Virus record (IMG/VR): IMGVR_UViG_3300044539_000111
Coordinates: 50,201 to 114,200 of that record
DNA: 64,000 nt
DNA from: a virus
Direction: 5' to 3' (one strand)
In this document: positions 30,123 through 40,500 of the stretch, in pieces
Numbering within the stretch: the stretch's first letter is position 1
Layout of the letters: the number at the start of each line of letters is the position of its first letter
Notes under the pieces: generated by a model
What the model was told of the DNA's origin: nothing
Databases searched by the model: none
Seen by the model: the letters and a program-made list of their open reading frames with translations, nothing else
Made by a program: the position numbers and the translations under genes

Positions 30123-31919
30123 TTAATCTAATTTTAAATTATTTTTAATTTGACTTAAAACAGGATCAGTTGCATTTATTGCACTTATTGCTTGTTGGAA
30201 TCTTTCAGCAGTTAACTCTTTACCCCATTTAGTTTTGTATGCTCCTTTTAATTGATCCTGAGTATTCTCAAAAAACTTAGTTGAGTAATCAAATCCTAAT
30301 TCATCACTGTAAGTTTGCATATCAGTATAAGTAACAACATCTCTATTTACTGGAGTTTTATTGAATTTAACAGCTGCTTTATTTGCATCTCTTTGAAGTA
30401 AAGCTAAATCACTTTTAGTTTGTGCTAAAAAATCTTTGTAATCTTTTAATTGTTGACCTTCATAAGCAGCTACATCTTTAGGTTCAGGAAGTAATCCTCC
30501 ATTTGCAGCTTGATATTTTTTTCTTGCTTCCAACTCTGGATCATACGCAGCTACCTTGTCCGCTTTAGTAATGTAATCATTAGATGCAGTTAATTCACTT
30601 CCTGCTCCTCCTGTATAAGCAGAATTACCAAGTGCTTTTTTGTGGTCTTCTAATTCTTTTTTATTTGCAGTTTCCGCTGCGTCCAAAGCAACATTGTAAC
30701 TATGCTGAGTAGCCATCTCCGATAACTTATAGCTATGATCTACTTTCATCTTAGCAAAATCATCCGCTTTCATAGTTGACTTAGCATCTTTAAAAATAAG
30801 TGTATTCACAGCACCTTGTATCTCATCATTAAAAAGAGCATACGCATTTTGATTATCAATATGATCTGTTAAAGTTCCAATGCCTGCTTGATTAGTAGGT
30901 GAAATAGAAGAAATTTGATCAGTATATGCTTTAGCATTTTTTGCACTGTCTTGCAATTGTTTTAACTCAACTAATTCATTATACTTATCACTACCTTGAA
31001 CAAATTTTCCATTTTTAAAATCCTCTTCATATTCTTTTGTTACTTGATCTAAGTGTCCAATATCTGTATTTAAGGCTTCAGCTTGTTCTTCAATTTTTGC
31101 TTGATTATTTTTATCAATCTGTTTGACATAACCTAACTGCGCTTCATTGACATCTTTAAATTCACCCATGCTTACTTTACTATAAGCCCAGTCATTTCTA
31201 TCTACATACGCTTTTGTTTTGAACATTTCAGCAAACTGTGGATTTTGTCCAATAGTTTTATTAAAAAGTGCAGTTAAAGGTGAACGCAATACTTCTCCAT
31301 TTTTGGTAGTAACCATATAAGCACCATCTGAACTTAATTTGTCATACTCAATATTTAGACCTGCATCTTTAGCTAGTTTAATGGCTTCTTTCATTACACT
31401 TTTATACGGAACAAAAGTTACATCCCCCATACCTAAAGCATCACCAGCTGATGCATTTTTAAATTCTGCGCGTTTGTATTGCATGTACTTATCACCCTCT
31501 TCCCAATATGAACCACCGCATTTTTCTTCATCAATGCAGTTTTTGAATCCCTCCATTCTATTAGTTTCACTATTATAGTTTTTGGTCCAAACCATATCTT
31601 TAACAATATTGTTATTTTCATAAATAGATTGGAAAACGCCTGCAGCTGCTTGAACATTTTGATCTAATGAAAAATCCAAACCTCCCATTCTTCTAATATC
31701 ATCATTGATAATTTGAAAGAACTCATCTCTGGCTTGAATATTATCAGAACGCGTCAATGAAGAGTTTAACAATGAACCATATAACTCACTTACTTTTTTA
31801 TGATTAGCGTCATACTTAGCTTGTTTTTGTTGCAGTATCTGCGCATCAAATGCTAAATTTGGTTCTGTCGGCTGTATCTGACTAATATAATCTGTCTGTC
31901 CCTGTATATAAGTTGCCAT
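30123..31919 (-). CDS. Putative virion cargo/ejection protein (598 aa)
   Basis: N-terminus 'MATYIQGQTDYISQIQPTEPNLAF…LQQKQAKYD' resembles crAss cargo proteins that follow the muzzle. Helical composition and synteny agree. Confidence 0.65.
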   Translation of the reverse strand: MATYIQGQTDYISQIQPTEPNLAFDAQILQQKQAKYDANHKKVSELYGSLLNSSLTRSDNIQARDEFFQIINDDIRRMGGLDFSLDQNVQAAAGVFQSIYENNNIVKDMVWTKNYNSETNRMEGFKNCIDEEKCGGSYWEEGDKYMQYKRAEFKNASAGDALGMGDVTFVPYKSVMKEAIKLAKDAGLNIEYDKLSSDGAYMVTTKNGEVLRSPLTALFNKTIGQNPQFAEMFKTKAYVDRNDWAYSKVSMGEFKDVNEAQLGYVKQIDKNNQAKIEEQAEALNTDIGHLDQVTKEYEEDFKNGKFVQGSDKYNELVELKQLQDSAKNAKAYTDQISSISPTNQAGIGTLTDHIDNQNAYALFNDEIQGAVNTLIFKDAKSTMKADDFAKMKVDHSYKLSEMATQHSYNVALDAAETANKKELEDHKKALGNSAYTGGAGSELTASNDYITKADKVAAYDPELEARKKYQAANGGLLPEPKDVAAYEGQQLKDYKDFLAQTKSDLALLQRDANKAAVKFNKTPVNRDVVTYTDMQTYSDELGFDYSTKFFENTQDQLKGAYKTKWGKELTAERFQQAISAINATDPVLSQIKNNLKLD

Positions 31920-31964
31920 TGTTTTTTTTGTAAATATATTAATTAAACCCTAAACAAAAATTAG

Positions 31965-34403
31965 TTAAGACTGAACATTGGTATTGTTCAACTCACTTGC
32001 TTTAGTAATTTCATCATCTTTTTCCACAACCCATTTGCCAGATTTTTGAGCTTGAAATAATTTCATTGCCAAGTCTGGAGTCAAAGTAGGTACTGTTTTT
32101 GCAAAATCATTAAACTGTGTTCCAAGATCTTCTGAGTTGTCTTTAGTCGGTGTTAATGCTCTATCATTCATTTTGGTTATAATACCTGTAAACGGATCTT
32201 TTTTGAAGTTCTCCGTTGTGGTATTCAAATTATAAATGTTTGATGCATTAGTGTAAGCCTGATTAGAAAGCTGCGTAATTTTATCTTTAGCAGCACTGAT
32301 AGAATTTGCAAGACTTTGTTTTAAAATGTTCTCTTTGTCATACATATTTGTAGCCAACTGAGCATCCTGAGCATTACGCGCATTTGCCAATTGAGCATTG
32401 TATTGCTCACCTGCATTAAACACACCTACATTCTTATCAGCATAATCGCTAATTGCATTTGCTACATCACCGTAAGCTTGACCACTTAAAGCCATAGCGG
32501 TTGCGCCAGCAGATTGTGCATTTCCAAATGCAGAAACACCTTGCATCATTTGATTCAATTGCTCATTCTTAGCAGCTATTGTTCGCTCTGGTGAATAGTA
32601 TGCACGATCTGGCATAACAACTTCAGCAGACTTAGCCCAAGGATGTAATTCAGGAATCTCAAATCTAGCTTGTACAGCACGATTAAGTGAAGCCAAGTCT
32701 TCTCTCCTAAAGCCATAAGGATTTACAAGTTGATTAGTTTGACCTAATTTTTTATACTCTGGTGCTTTTGTATTACACGGTGCACAATTACCACTAGCAT
32801 CTCTAACTGGAACTGTTCCATCTGGACATGTAGCACAAGGCCCTACTCCAGGAGTTGTACCTTCTTCTTCATATTCAGGATTAGCTGTAAAACCAAATGC
32901 ATCAAAATGTTCAAAACCAGACAACTGTTCATTTCCAATTGCAGGTCTATATCCAGATTCACCAAGTTTACTTTCAACCCCTGCAGTTACGGCAGCATAA
33001 TTTTTTTTATAAAAATCAGGAGCCATTAAATCTTCTTCTTTTTCTGGAGGTTTTATTCCTAAAAATCCAATGTATTCTTTTCTAAGTTCTTTGACTTTAG
33101 TTGGATCTTTATATGTATCATCAACTGCTTTAAAAGCTTCATCGTCTGTCATACCTGCACCGCGAGATTTTTCAAACAGGAATCTTTTTTCATAATCCTC
33201 TGGAGTAAACCCAGCAACAAATGAACCACTACCTTGCCACTTACCATCCTTTGCACCACTATAATCAGTACTACCTCTTTGTAATGTAATTTTGTATTTG
33301 TCTGTAGAAAAATCTTTACCTGATTGATTAATAACCCTACTTAAAATAATACGGTCTTTAAAGTCAGGATTAAAGTTTCCTTGAATTTTAATTTGATTTG
33401 TGCCTGGAACTTTAACAATAGTTCCATTTTTAATTCCATTTTCAATAACCAAGTTTGCAGCTTCAGCAGACTTAGCGTTTTCCGGACTTTTTGTTATCCA
33501 CTCTGAAATCGGGCCTGAGCTTGTTTGCGAATCTGCAGATGCGGTTGGATTTAAATTTACTTTGGTTACTTTTTTAAATGTGCCGTCTTCTTGTTGCACA
33601 TACTGACCAACTTTAAATCCTTTTCCTGTAGTATTAATATCAGCAGAAGCGGGTAGTTCTTCTTTCTTATAGACTCTTCCTCCACCACCATACTGACGAA
33701 GCTGTCCTCCCATAGAGAGAGAAGGGAAAGGATACAATTCATTAGTAGCTGCAAAATCATTAACTGCGCCACCAAAAGCTTTAGCAACAGCTTGATTAGC
33801 TGCACCTGCGTCTTGTTGGTTCATAGCAAACATTTCATTAGGATCAATCTGCAACTTATCAAAGAACGGAGATAACCCATTAGGTACACCATCTTTGAAT
33901 CCTTTGCGTGATTCTTGTAAAAGTTTCAACGCAGCAATTTTAAACGCAGCATTGTCCATTGACATTTCCGCAGACTTCTTGCTTACTTTATCCGCTGTAT
34001 CATCAATAAGAATTTGTTTTGACGTATTGATTGCATCTAGCCATGATTTAGAAATGCCTGCAAATGTTTGAGGCTTCTTTGGATTAACACCGAAGTACTC
34101 TAGGATTGCAGGATCTTTTACTATCATCTTCTTGTTATCACTAAAGATAAACGAAGTTCCATCAGATTCCTTATCACCATCAGTAGGTAAATTCAAAGGA
34201 GTTCCACCTTGGCTGTGCTTCTTGCCACCAATAGAATACATCTCATAGATATTATTAATACCTCTGCTCATGTTTGTAACTACTGTTTCACCTTTTTCAG
34301 CTTCAACATTAGCTATCTTCCTATTCACAGGACCAAGAACTTTTGACAAAGTTACTTTAGGTACTTCTTGATTAGGAAATCCAGTTATTGTGTACTTACC
34401 CAT
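31965..34403 (-). CDS. Virion cargo protein (812 aa), crAss cargo-1-like
   Basis: 'NVEAEKGETV…GGKKHSQGGT…FIFSD' motif typical of crAss cargo proteins. xxGG motifs (KAFGG, LSMGG, RQYGG). Asn/Gln/Ala-rich helical C-terminus. Confidence 0.7.
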   Translation of the reverse strand: MGKYTITGFPNQEVPKVTLSKVLGPVNRKIANVEAEKGETVVTNMSRGINNIYEMYSIGGKKHSQGGTPLNLPTDGDKESDGTSFIFSDNKKMIVKDPAILEYFGVNPKKPQTFAGISKSWLDAINTSKQILIDDTADKVSKKSAEMSMDNAAFKIAALKLLQESRKGFKDGVPNGLSPFFDKLQIDPNEMFAMNQQDAGAANQAVAKAFGGAVNDFAATNELYPFPSLSMGGQLRQYGGGGRVYKKEELPASADINTTGKGFKVGQYVQQEDGTFKKVTKVNLNPTASADSQTSSGPISEWITKSPENAKSAEAANLVIENGIKNGTIVKVPGTNQIKIQGNFNPDFKDRIILSRVINQSGKDFSTDKYKITLQRGSTDYSGAKDGKWQGSGSFVAGFTPEDYEKRFLFEKSRGAGMTDDEAFKAVDDTYKDPTKVKELRKEYIGFLGIKPPEKEEDLMAPDFYKKNYAAVTAGVESKLGESGYRPAIGNEQLSGFEHFDAFGFTANPEYEEEGTTPGVGPCATCPDGTVPVRDASGNCAPCNTKAPEYKKLGQTNQLVNPYGFRREDLASLNRAVQARFEIPELHPWAKSAEVVMPDRAYYSPERTIAAKNEQLNQMMQGVSAFGNAQSAGATAMALSGQAYGDVANAISDYADKNVGVFNAGEQYNAQLANARNAQDAQLATNMYDKENILKQSLANSISAAKDKITQLSNQAYTNASNIYNLNTTTENFKKDPFTGIITKMNDRALTPTKDNSEDLGTQFNDFAKTVPTLTPDLAMKLFQAQKSGKWVVEKDDEITKASELNNTNVQS

Positions 34404-34405
34404 AA

Positions 34406-37400
34406 TTATACTCTTGAAAGTTTAAATCCAGCCGCAGCTAATTGTTCCATTTCATCATCTGCTAAATCTACTTCTCCACCTATTTCATATACTCTGCCGC
34501 CATAAGCAAAAATTTGTCTTTGGTTATTATACATTGTATCTGTTGGATTCAATACCTGATTGCCAATATCGTTTGGAATAAAGTTCCCAGCTTGATCATA
34601 AAGACCTTGCTTCATTGTATCATAAGTGTTGCTTGGACGATTTAATGCAGACAACTTAGCTTTGTCCCTTTCAGGATTCATTGCATTCATTTTATTTGCA
34701 AAGTTAGTTACTTTACCTGCAGCGTTCATGTACATATCACCTGCAGCCGCACCAACTTGATTCCAATTGATGTCTAACTTTTTACCAGCAGATTCTTCAA
34801 TTGTACCATTGTTTCCAAAAGGACTTGGTTGATTTGCTGGAAGATTTTCAAACTGTAAATAGTCTGGAATTTTATTTCCATCTGTATCTTCAGAACCTAA
34901 ATTAATTCCATTATCTGCTCTTGGTATTCTACCTCCAAATGCGCGGTTGATTAATGCTACTGCATTTTCTAATGCCGCTGGATCAACACCCCCTCCATAT
35001 TCATAACGCTTGCCAGCTTGTCTAGCTTCTTTATTTTCTGCTCTATTAGCTTGGCGATCTTCTTGCCTAGTATTTCTTATATCTTGTTTTGATTCATAAA
35101 TGTTTCCATTATAATTAGGTACATTACCTAATGAAAAGTTTTTAGATATATCTTTTCTTTCAGATCTACTTAAATCAGGATAAGTTTCCTTATAAAAAGC
35201 TCTATCACTTCTAAAATCTTTTCTATCTGTATCATAAGGTATATATGGATTATTCTCATCAATGCCTTTATATTCCCCTTCTTTTTTAAGCATACTTTCT
35301 TCAATTGACTTTTGATTTTCTAAAGCCGATTGATTAGCTACGTTGCCTTCATCTACAGCTGGAGTTCCTGCATTTCTAGCAACTTCCCGAGCAGCCTCTT
35401 CTTTATCAAATTGCGCAAGAGCCGCATCCTTTTTTTCATTGTATCTATTTTCTTTTCTATCCCATTTAGAATCTTTGTAATCTTGTTCTACTAGTTTTCC
35501 GTCTTGTATTCCTTTAACACCAGTTTCTGTTTGTTTAGTTACATCAATTGCATTTTGATCATTTTGATTTACTTCAGATGCCGGATTAACTACATCAGTA
35601 GAACCCGGAGCAACTAAACTTTGATCTGCTACATTTGCAGCAGAAGGTTGATTAAATGAAACAGCACCAGGAATTTGCGCATTTGAAGTACGCCAATCTT
35701 TTGGTGCCATTGCTGTTTGATTACCGTACATGTCTGTTTGCAAAGTTGTACCTCCAGGAGCTGGATTTAAACCAGTTGCATCTTGATAACCTGCATATTG
35801 AGTTACCCCATTTATTGGAGTAATTGAATTAGCAGGACCTTCTTGAGGACCAGCCGGTGCAGCAGGATTCATTGCAGCAGCATCACCCCAATCAATTTGG
35901 TAACGTACTCCTTTTCTTCTATTACCTTTCCAGATACTACCTTCTTTGAATTTTTCAGCTTCACCTATTCTCCAATTTTGTCCAGCAACATTTCCGGCCA
36001 TTCCAGGCACTAAACCATTTGCTCCTACAGCACCAAGGAATTGATTAGCATTCATGCCACCTGGCAAATTAGCACCAGTGATTCTTGGATCATACATATT
36101 GTTTGTACCAATGCCTGACATCATTCTTGCAAAAGGACTTGCACCAGCAAATAAATTACCATATAAACCTTGGTTCATTGGATTTTGATAAGCTACAGGA
36201 TTAATTTGAGAATAAGATGATTGAGATGCACCAGGAACTTGCGCAGCTGGTACTCTTTGCATTGTGCCATCTTTTCTAGTTACATAACTACCTTGTGCGT
36301 CTTGTCCAAGTACGTCACCTTCAGCAAACTGAAATTGATTTGTTTTTTCTTGAGCAGGTTGCGCAATATAAGTACCAGTTGCTTCGTCATATTTATAACT
36401 AGCATTTTTATCTGGCTGTTGTGACCATTTATTTGCAGTAAACATCTCTGTTGTTACCGTTTGATCTTTATTTGCTGGATCATTATTCCAATCATACACT
36501 GCTGCTTTATAGTCAGCCTCTGACTTAAATGCTTTTGGATTGATGGTTACTTTACCATCTTTTCCCATTTCAATACCATTTAGAGCTTTAGGAAGATCGC
36601 CACCGTATGCCCTTTGATTTCCACCAAGGCTCGGAAACTCATCATCTAATGTAGATTTGTATGCACTGTTTTTAACAGCACCAACAAACATTGATGTTCT
36701 ATCTTGTGCGTATGTTTTAGAATCAGTCCCCGGAGCAACTGCCGGTCCACCATAAGCGCGTGACATTAATTTTTTAAGATTGCCACCAAACTTAGCCATT
36801 CCCATTGCAGAGTCTGGTGCAGGTACATTTGGATCCAGTGCTTGAGGATCTTGTGAGCCTTCTGTCATTGCTACATCAGAACCTTGTGGATCTGTTGCTT
36901 GTTGCATACCACTTAGTTGTTCCATCACAGATGTTGCAATTTCAGGACTAATCTGACCTTGTTGTGCGGCAGCTTGAATTTGCTCCATAACTTGTCTTGC
37001 ATCTGCACCTTGTGACATCATCTCTTGAACTTGCTGCATTACTGCTTGCATTTCTTGATTGTCCCCTCCTTCAGCGTATGAACGCAAACGTCTTGGCATG
37101 CGACCACCATATTTCATTTGAATTTCTTCAGCAGGAGATGGTTGTCCACCTTGATCTGGAGCCGGTGCACCTTGTTCAGCCATTTCCTCTTGAGGATTAC
37201 TAGCTTGACCTTCCATTTGTTCTTCACCTGGATTTTGTGGTTGTTGACCACCTTGCATAGCTTGTTCAATAGCTGCTTGAGCATCTTGTTCTGGCATTCC
37301 CATTTGAACAAAAACTTGCATAATCATTTCAGGCGGAACTTGTTTAGCTAATAATTCAGCTGCAGCATCAGCAGGTTGTGCACCTTGTTGCATCATCTGT

Positions 37401-37537
37401 TGTACAAGTTGCATAATTTGTTGCATCTGTGGATCTTGACCACCTTGTTGTGGTTGACCTTGAGGTGCGCCTTGTTGCATTTGTTCTGGAGCCTGACCTG
37501 GTTGGCCTTGTGGCATTTGTGCTTGTGGATTTTCCAT
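34406..37537 (-). CDS. Gln/Met/Pro-rich low-complexity virion cargo protein (about 1043 aa) with multiple xxGG motifs
   Basis: ATG at 37537 is preferred over the track's TTG at 37543. Q-rich N-terminus and nine xxGG motifs. Lies directly downstream of the muzzle gene, behind a promoter-like motif. Confidence 0.7.
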   Translation of the reverse strand: MENPQAQMPQGQPGQAPEQMQQGAPQGQPQQGGQDPQMQQIMQLVQQMMQQGAQPADAAAELLAKQVPPEMIMQVFVQMGMPEQDAQAAIEQAMQGGQQPQNPGEEQMEGQASNPQEEMAEQGAPAPDQGGQPSPAEEIQMKYGGRMPRRLRSYAEGGDNQEMQAVMQQVQEMMSQGADARQVMEQIQAAAQQGQISPEIATSVMEQLSGMQQATDPQGSDVAMTEGSQDPQALDPNVPAPDSAMGMAKFGGNLKKLMSRAYGGPAVAPGTDSKTYAQDRTSMFVGAVKNSAYKSTLDDEFPSLGGNQRAYGGDLPKALNGIEMGKDGKVTINPKAFKSEADYKAAVYDWNNDPANKDQTVTTEMFTANKWSQQPDKNASYKYDEATGTYIAQPAQEKTNQFQFAEGDVLGQDAQGSYVTRKDGTMQRVPAAQVPGASQSSYSQINPVAYQNPMNQGLYGNLFAGASPFARMMSGIGTNNMYDPRITGANLPGGMNANQFLGAVGANGLVPGMAGNVAGQNWRIGEAEKFKEGSIWKGNRRKGVRYQIDWGDAAAMNPAAPAGPQEGPANSITPINGVTQYAGYQDATGLNPAPGGTTLQTDMYGNQTAMAPKDWRTSNAQIPGAVSFNQPSAANVADQSLVAPGSTDVVNPASEVNQNDQNAIDVTKQTETGVKGIQDGKLVEQDYKDSKWDRKENRYNEKKDAALAQFDKEEAAREVARNAGTPAVDEGNVANQSALENQKSIEESMLKKEGEYKGIDENNPYIPYDTDRKDFRSDRAFYKETYPDLSRSERKDISKNFSLGNVPNYNGNIYESKQDIRNTRQEDRQANRAENKEARQAGKRYEYGGGVDPAALENAVALINRAFGGRIPRADNGINLGSEDTDGNKIPDYLQFENLPANQPSPFGNNGTIEESAGKKLDINWNQVGAAAGDMYMNAAGKVTNFANKMNAMNPERDKAKLSALNRPSNTYDTMKQGLYDQAGNFIPNDIGNQVLNPTDTMYNNQRQIFAYGGRVYEIGGEVDLADDEMEQLAAAGFKLSRV

Positions 37538-37558
37538 TTTCAATCTTGCTTATGTTCT

Positions 37559-37568
37559 AATATACAAA
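37559..37568 (-). promoter_or_regulatory. Putative phage late promoter motif TTTGTATATT
   Basis: Intergenic, about 20 nt upstream of the 37537 start. An identical 10-mer occurs at 51318-51327 and variants occur upstream of three other genes. Confidence 0.55.
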
Positions 37569-37599
37569 AAAATTTTTATTTATCTTAACTATAAAATGT

Positions 37600-40500
37600 T
37601 TATCTGTGAGATAATTGCTGATTACTTGCAGCCAAGCTCACTAAGATTTCTACATTATTGTTTACAGTTCTTCTCAAAATTACTCTATTGTTGAAGTGTC
37701 TGAATTTTTTTCTTTGAAACTCTTGCTTGTCATAGTTTAAGTTTGCGGGATTTAATGTGCGAATATACCCATTATCTTCTGTCATCCAAATTCTTTCTTC
37801 AGCACCACTATACTCACCTCTATCATTTGTAACATCCCAGAATTGATTAAATCTGTACTGTTGTTCCTCTTTAGAGAACAAGATGTTTATGTAATTGGTT
37901 TGAATATTTGGGAATGTCAATAACAATGGTAAATTATTCTTTGGATTAAGATGAAGTTTAAGTACTCCAGAAACTTGTTCTGAATTATACACGGTTGCTT
38001 CATCAAATCCGTGATCTAATACATGAAATCTATCATAACAGTTACGCTCATCATATACATAACTTTCAATGTAGTATTCAACATTACGCATAGTTGCTAC
38101 AGCAAACTTATTGTCTAACTGGAACTCAACCTCAAACGGATAGTCAACACCGTAGTAGTTACAATATTTACTACAAATGTTATTGTGTTTCCAAATACCA
38201 TTATCATTAGTTGTAAGGAATGTATTCTTTGCTCCTAAAGATAAGTCTGGATGCCAATCATGGAATGAAACAAACTCTTCAATTTTTGGATCATAACTTA
38301 AAGTCCATGAACAATCATCAAAGTAAAGGGGATCTCCAGTTTTAGCAATAAAAACACCGTTGATTAAGAATTTAGAACCTCCCATGTACTCTACTGTAAC
38401 AGGTAAGTTTTTCTTTAACCTGTAATCTTTCTTACAGAAATAAACCAAACTGTACTCGTTGTCATAAATAGTCTGACATCCAATTCCAGCAACTGGATTA
38501 TCTGTAACAGAATATGTTGGAAAGTCTTCTAGGAGTTTATATGGTAGATAGATGTTCAACCAGAATCTATTTCCTTTAAGTGAAATCTCTTTTAATCCTC
38601 CCGCATAGCAAAAGATTTTACCTTGATTAAGGTTCATCCAAAACACACCAGCTGGAGTATTGAGTACAGACAATCTGCTTTGACACGATGCATACTCATA
38701 AGAATTTTCAGAATTAGAAAGTTGCTGTAACTGTCTTGCAAATAATCGCCCATCTCCAATAGTAATGTTTGCACCACTTTGAGTTTGCATTTCATCTACA
38801 CCCGGTAACATACCAGGTGCTTGATTCTCAAACAATATTAAAGCAGCTGTTCTATTAATTGACTTTACTGAAGTTACATTACTTTCATAGTCAGCATAAT
38901 TGTTTGGTAAAAATACACGCCACTGATCTTTTTTAGCAAGTGAAATATTATTTGCGGCAGCCGTTTGTGGCAATGAATATAACAATCTTCTAGGATACTT
39001 TGTATAACAAGTTTCAGATAATAATGGATTATAATCTCTTCCTTGCATTACTCCCCATGGAATTTTTTGACTTGCCATAAATGACCATGACAAACTTCTA
39101 TCAATTTGATAATAGTTATCTGCTTTAATCAAGTTCATGTTAAACAGGGTTCTTAAATCAGAAAGCACAGGATAATGTTTTTTAGCATCGGTATCCTGCC
39201 AATCACGCATATCAATATTAAATTCAGACTCTACAAAGAAATCACGAACTCCTGAATTAAATAAATACATAAATGCTCTTTTTAATAAGAACACTCCATT
39301 TTGTCCAGGTAATCTATCAAAACAATGTTTGTCACTTGGTGTAACTAAAGTTGAAAAAAATGTTGAAAGTGATCCAGCAAGAATTGCACTTTGCAAGGCT
39401 CCAGGAACACTTTGAACAAACTCCATTAAATCAAATGGATCTGTATCCATCCAAAATGCAGTCCACTCAAACATCTTTTGTTTGTTGTAATTAAGAATTG
39501 CGCCATCAGGTTGACCGTCTAACCACTGTTGAAAATAAAACAATGTGTTTTTTTCAGAGTATTTTCCAATGTAAGTATCACCTCCAAATAAAGTTGGTGA
39601 ATTAGTTAACGCTATAGGAGTTACACATGAAGAAACCATAAGTTGTCTTATGGATTGCAACTGTCCATACTGATTACGAAGTCTTGTTTTTAAAGCTACA
39701 TAATGAGAAGATGCTCTTCTTGAAAAATTATCAAGATGGCGGTCAGCTGGCATTGCTGACAATCGCGGTGGTCTTGATACGTCAACTATTGCACCTGTAA
39801 TGTTTTCAATGTCTACAGGTGTATCAAACATTACTGTTTCATTTCTGTAAATATGATTTACAATGTAATTAGTTTGGTAATCTTGAACTCCTGGATTTAA
39901 ATATCTAGCATCATTTACTCTACGTCTTCTATTATTTGCATAAGGTGCAGCAAAGTTTTCATATTTGCATAATGCTTGGTACTGTAAAGCAAACTGTTGC
40001 CACGCTCCTAATGATTCAATTAATTTGTAAGTGGTGTCTGCACCTCCTGCTAAGTAACTTAAAAACATAGGATTTCCTAAAGCTAACAATGCAGCTTTTA
40101 ATATACCCGGTCCAGCATCTTGGTCTTTATAAGTTATTTCTAAATAACCGGAAGTAACCCCTGTGCTTGGTATCTGAGCAGATGTTCTTGATGCTGTAAG
40201 TAAAGCTCCTTGAGAAGAACCAGTAATTGATGCTATTCCTGAGTTTTGTCCAGTTAACGCATCACCCATTCCTTGAACCCCAATGGTATTAATTGCAGCA
40301 GCTTGTGCCGCTGTTAATGCAACACCTACAGGTATAATATTTCCTGTTGACGTTGAAGAACCTGCAAAAATTGGATCACTGTCAATTTGGTATCCTCTAT
40401 ACTTAATATCTCTTGAACCAAGCATTTTAGAAATAGCATAACCAAATCCAACTACTATGCCTGTAATAAAAGATACATCTGTAATAAATTTATGACGCGG

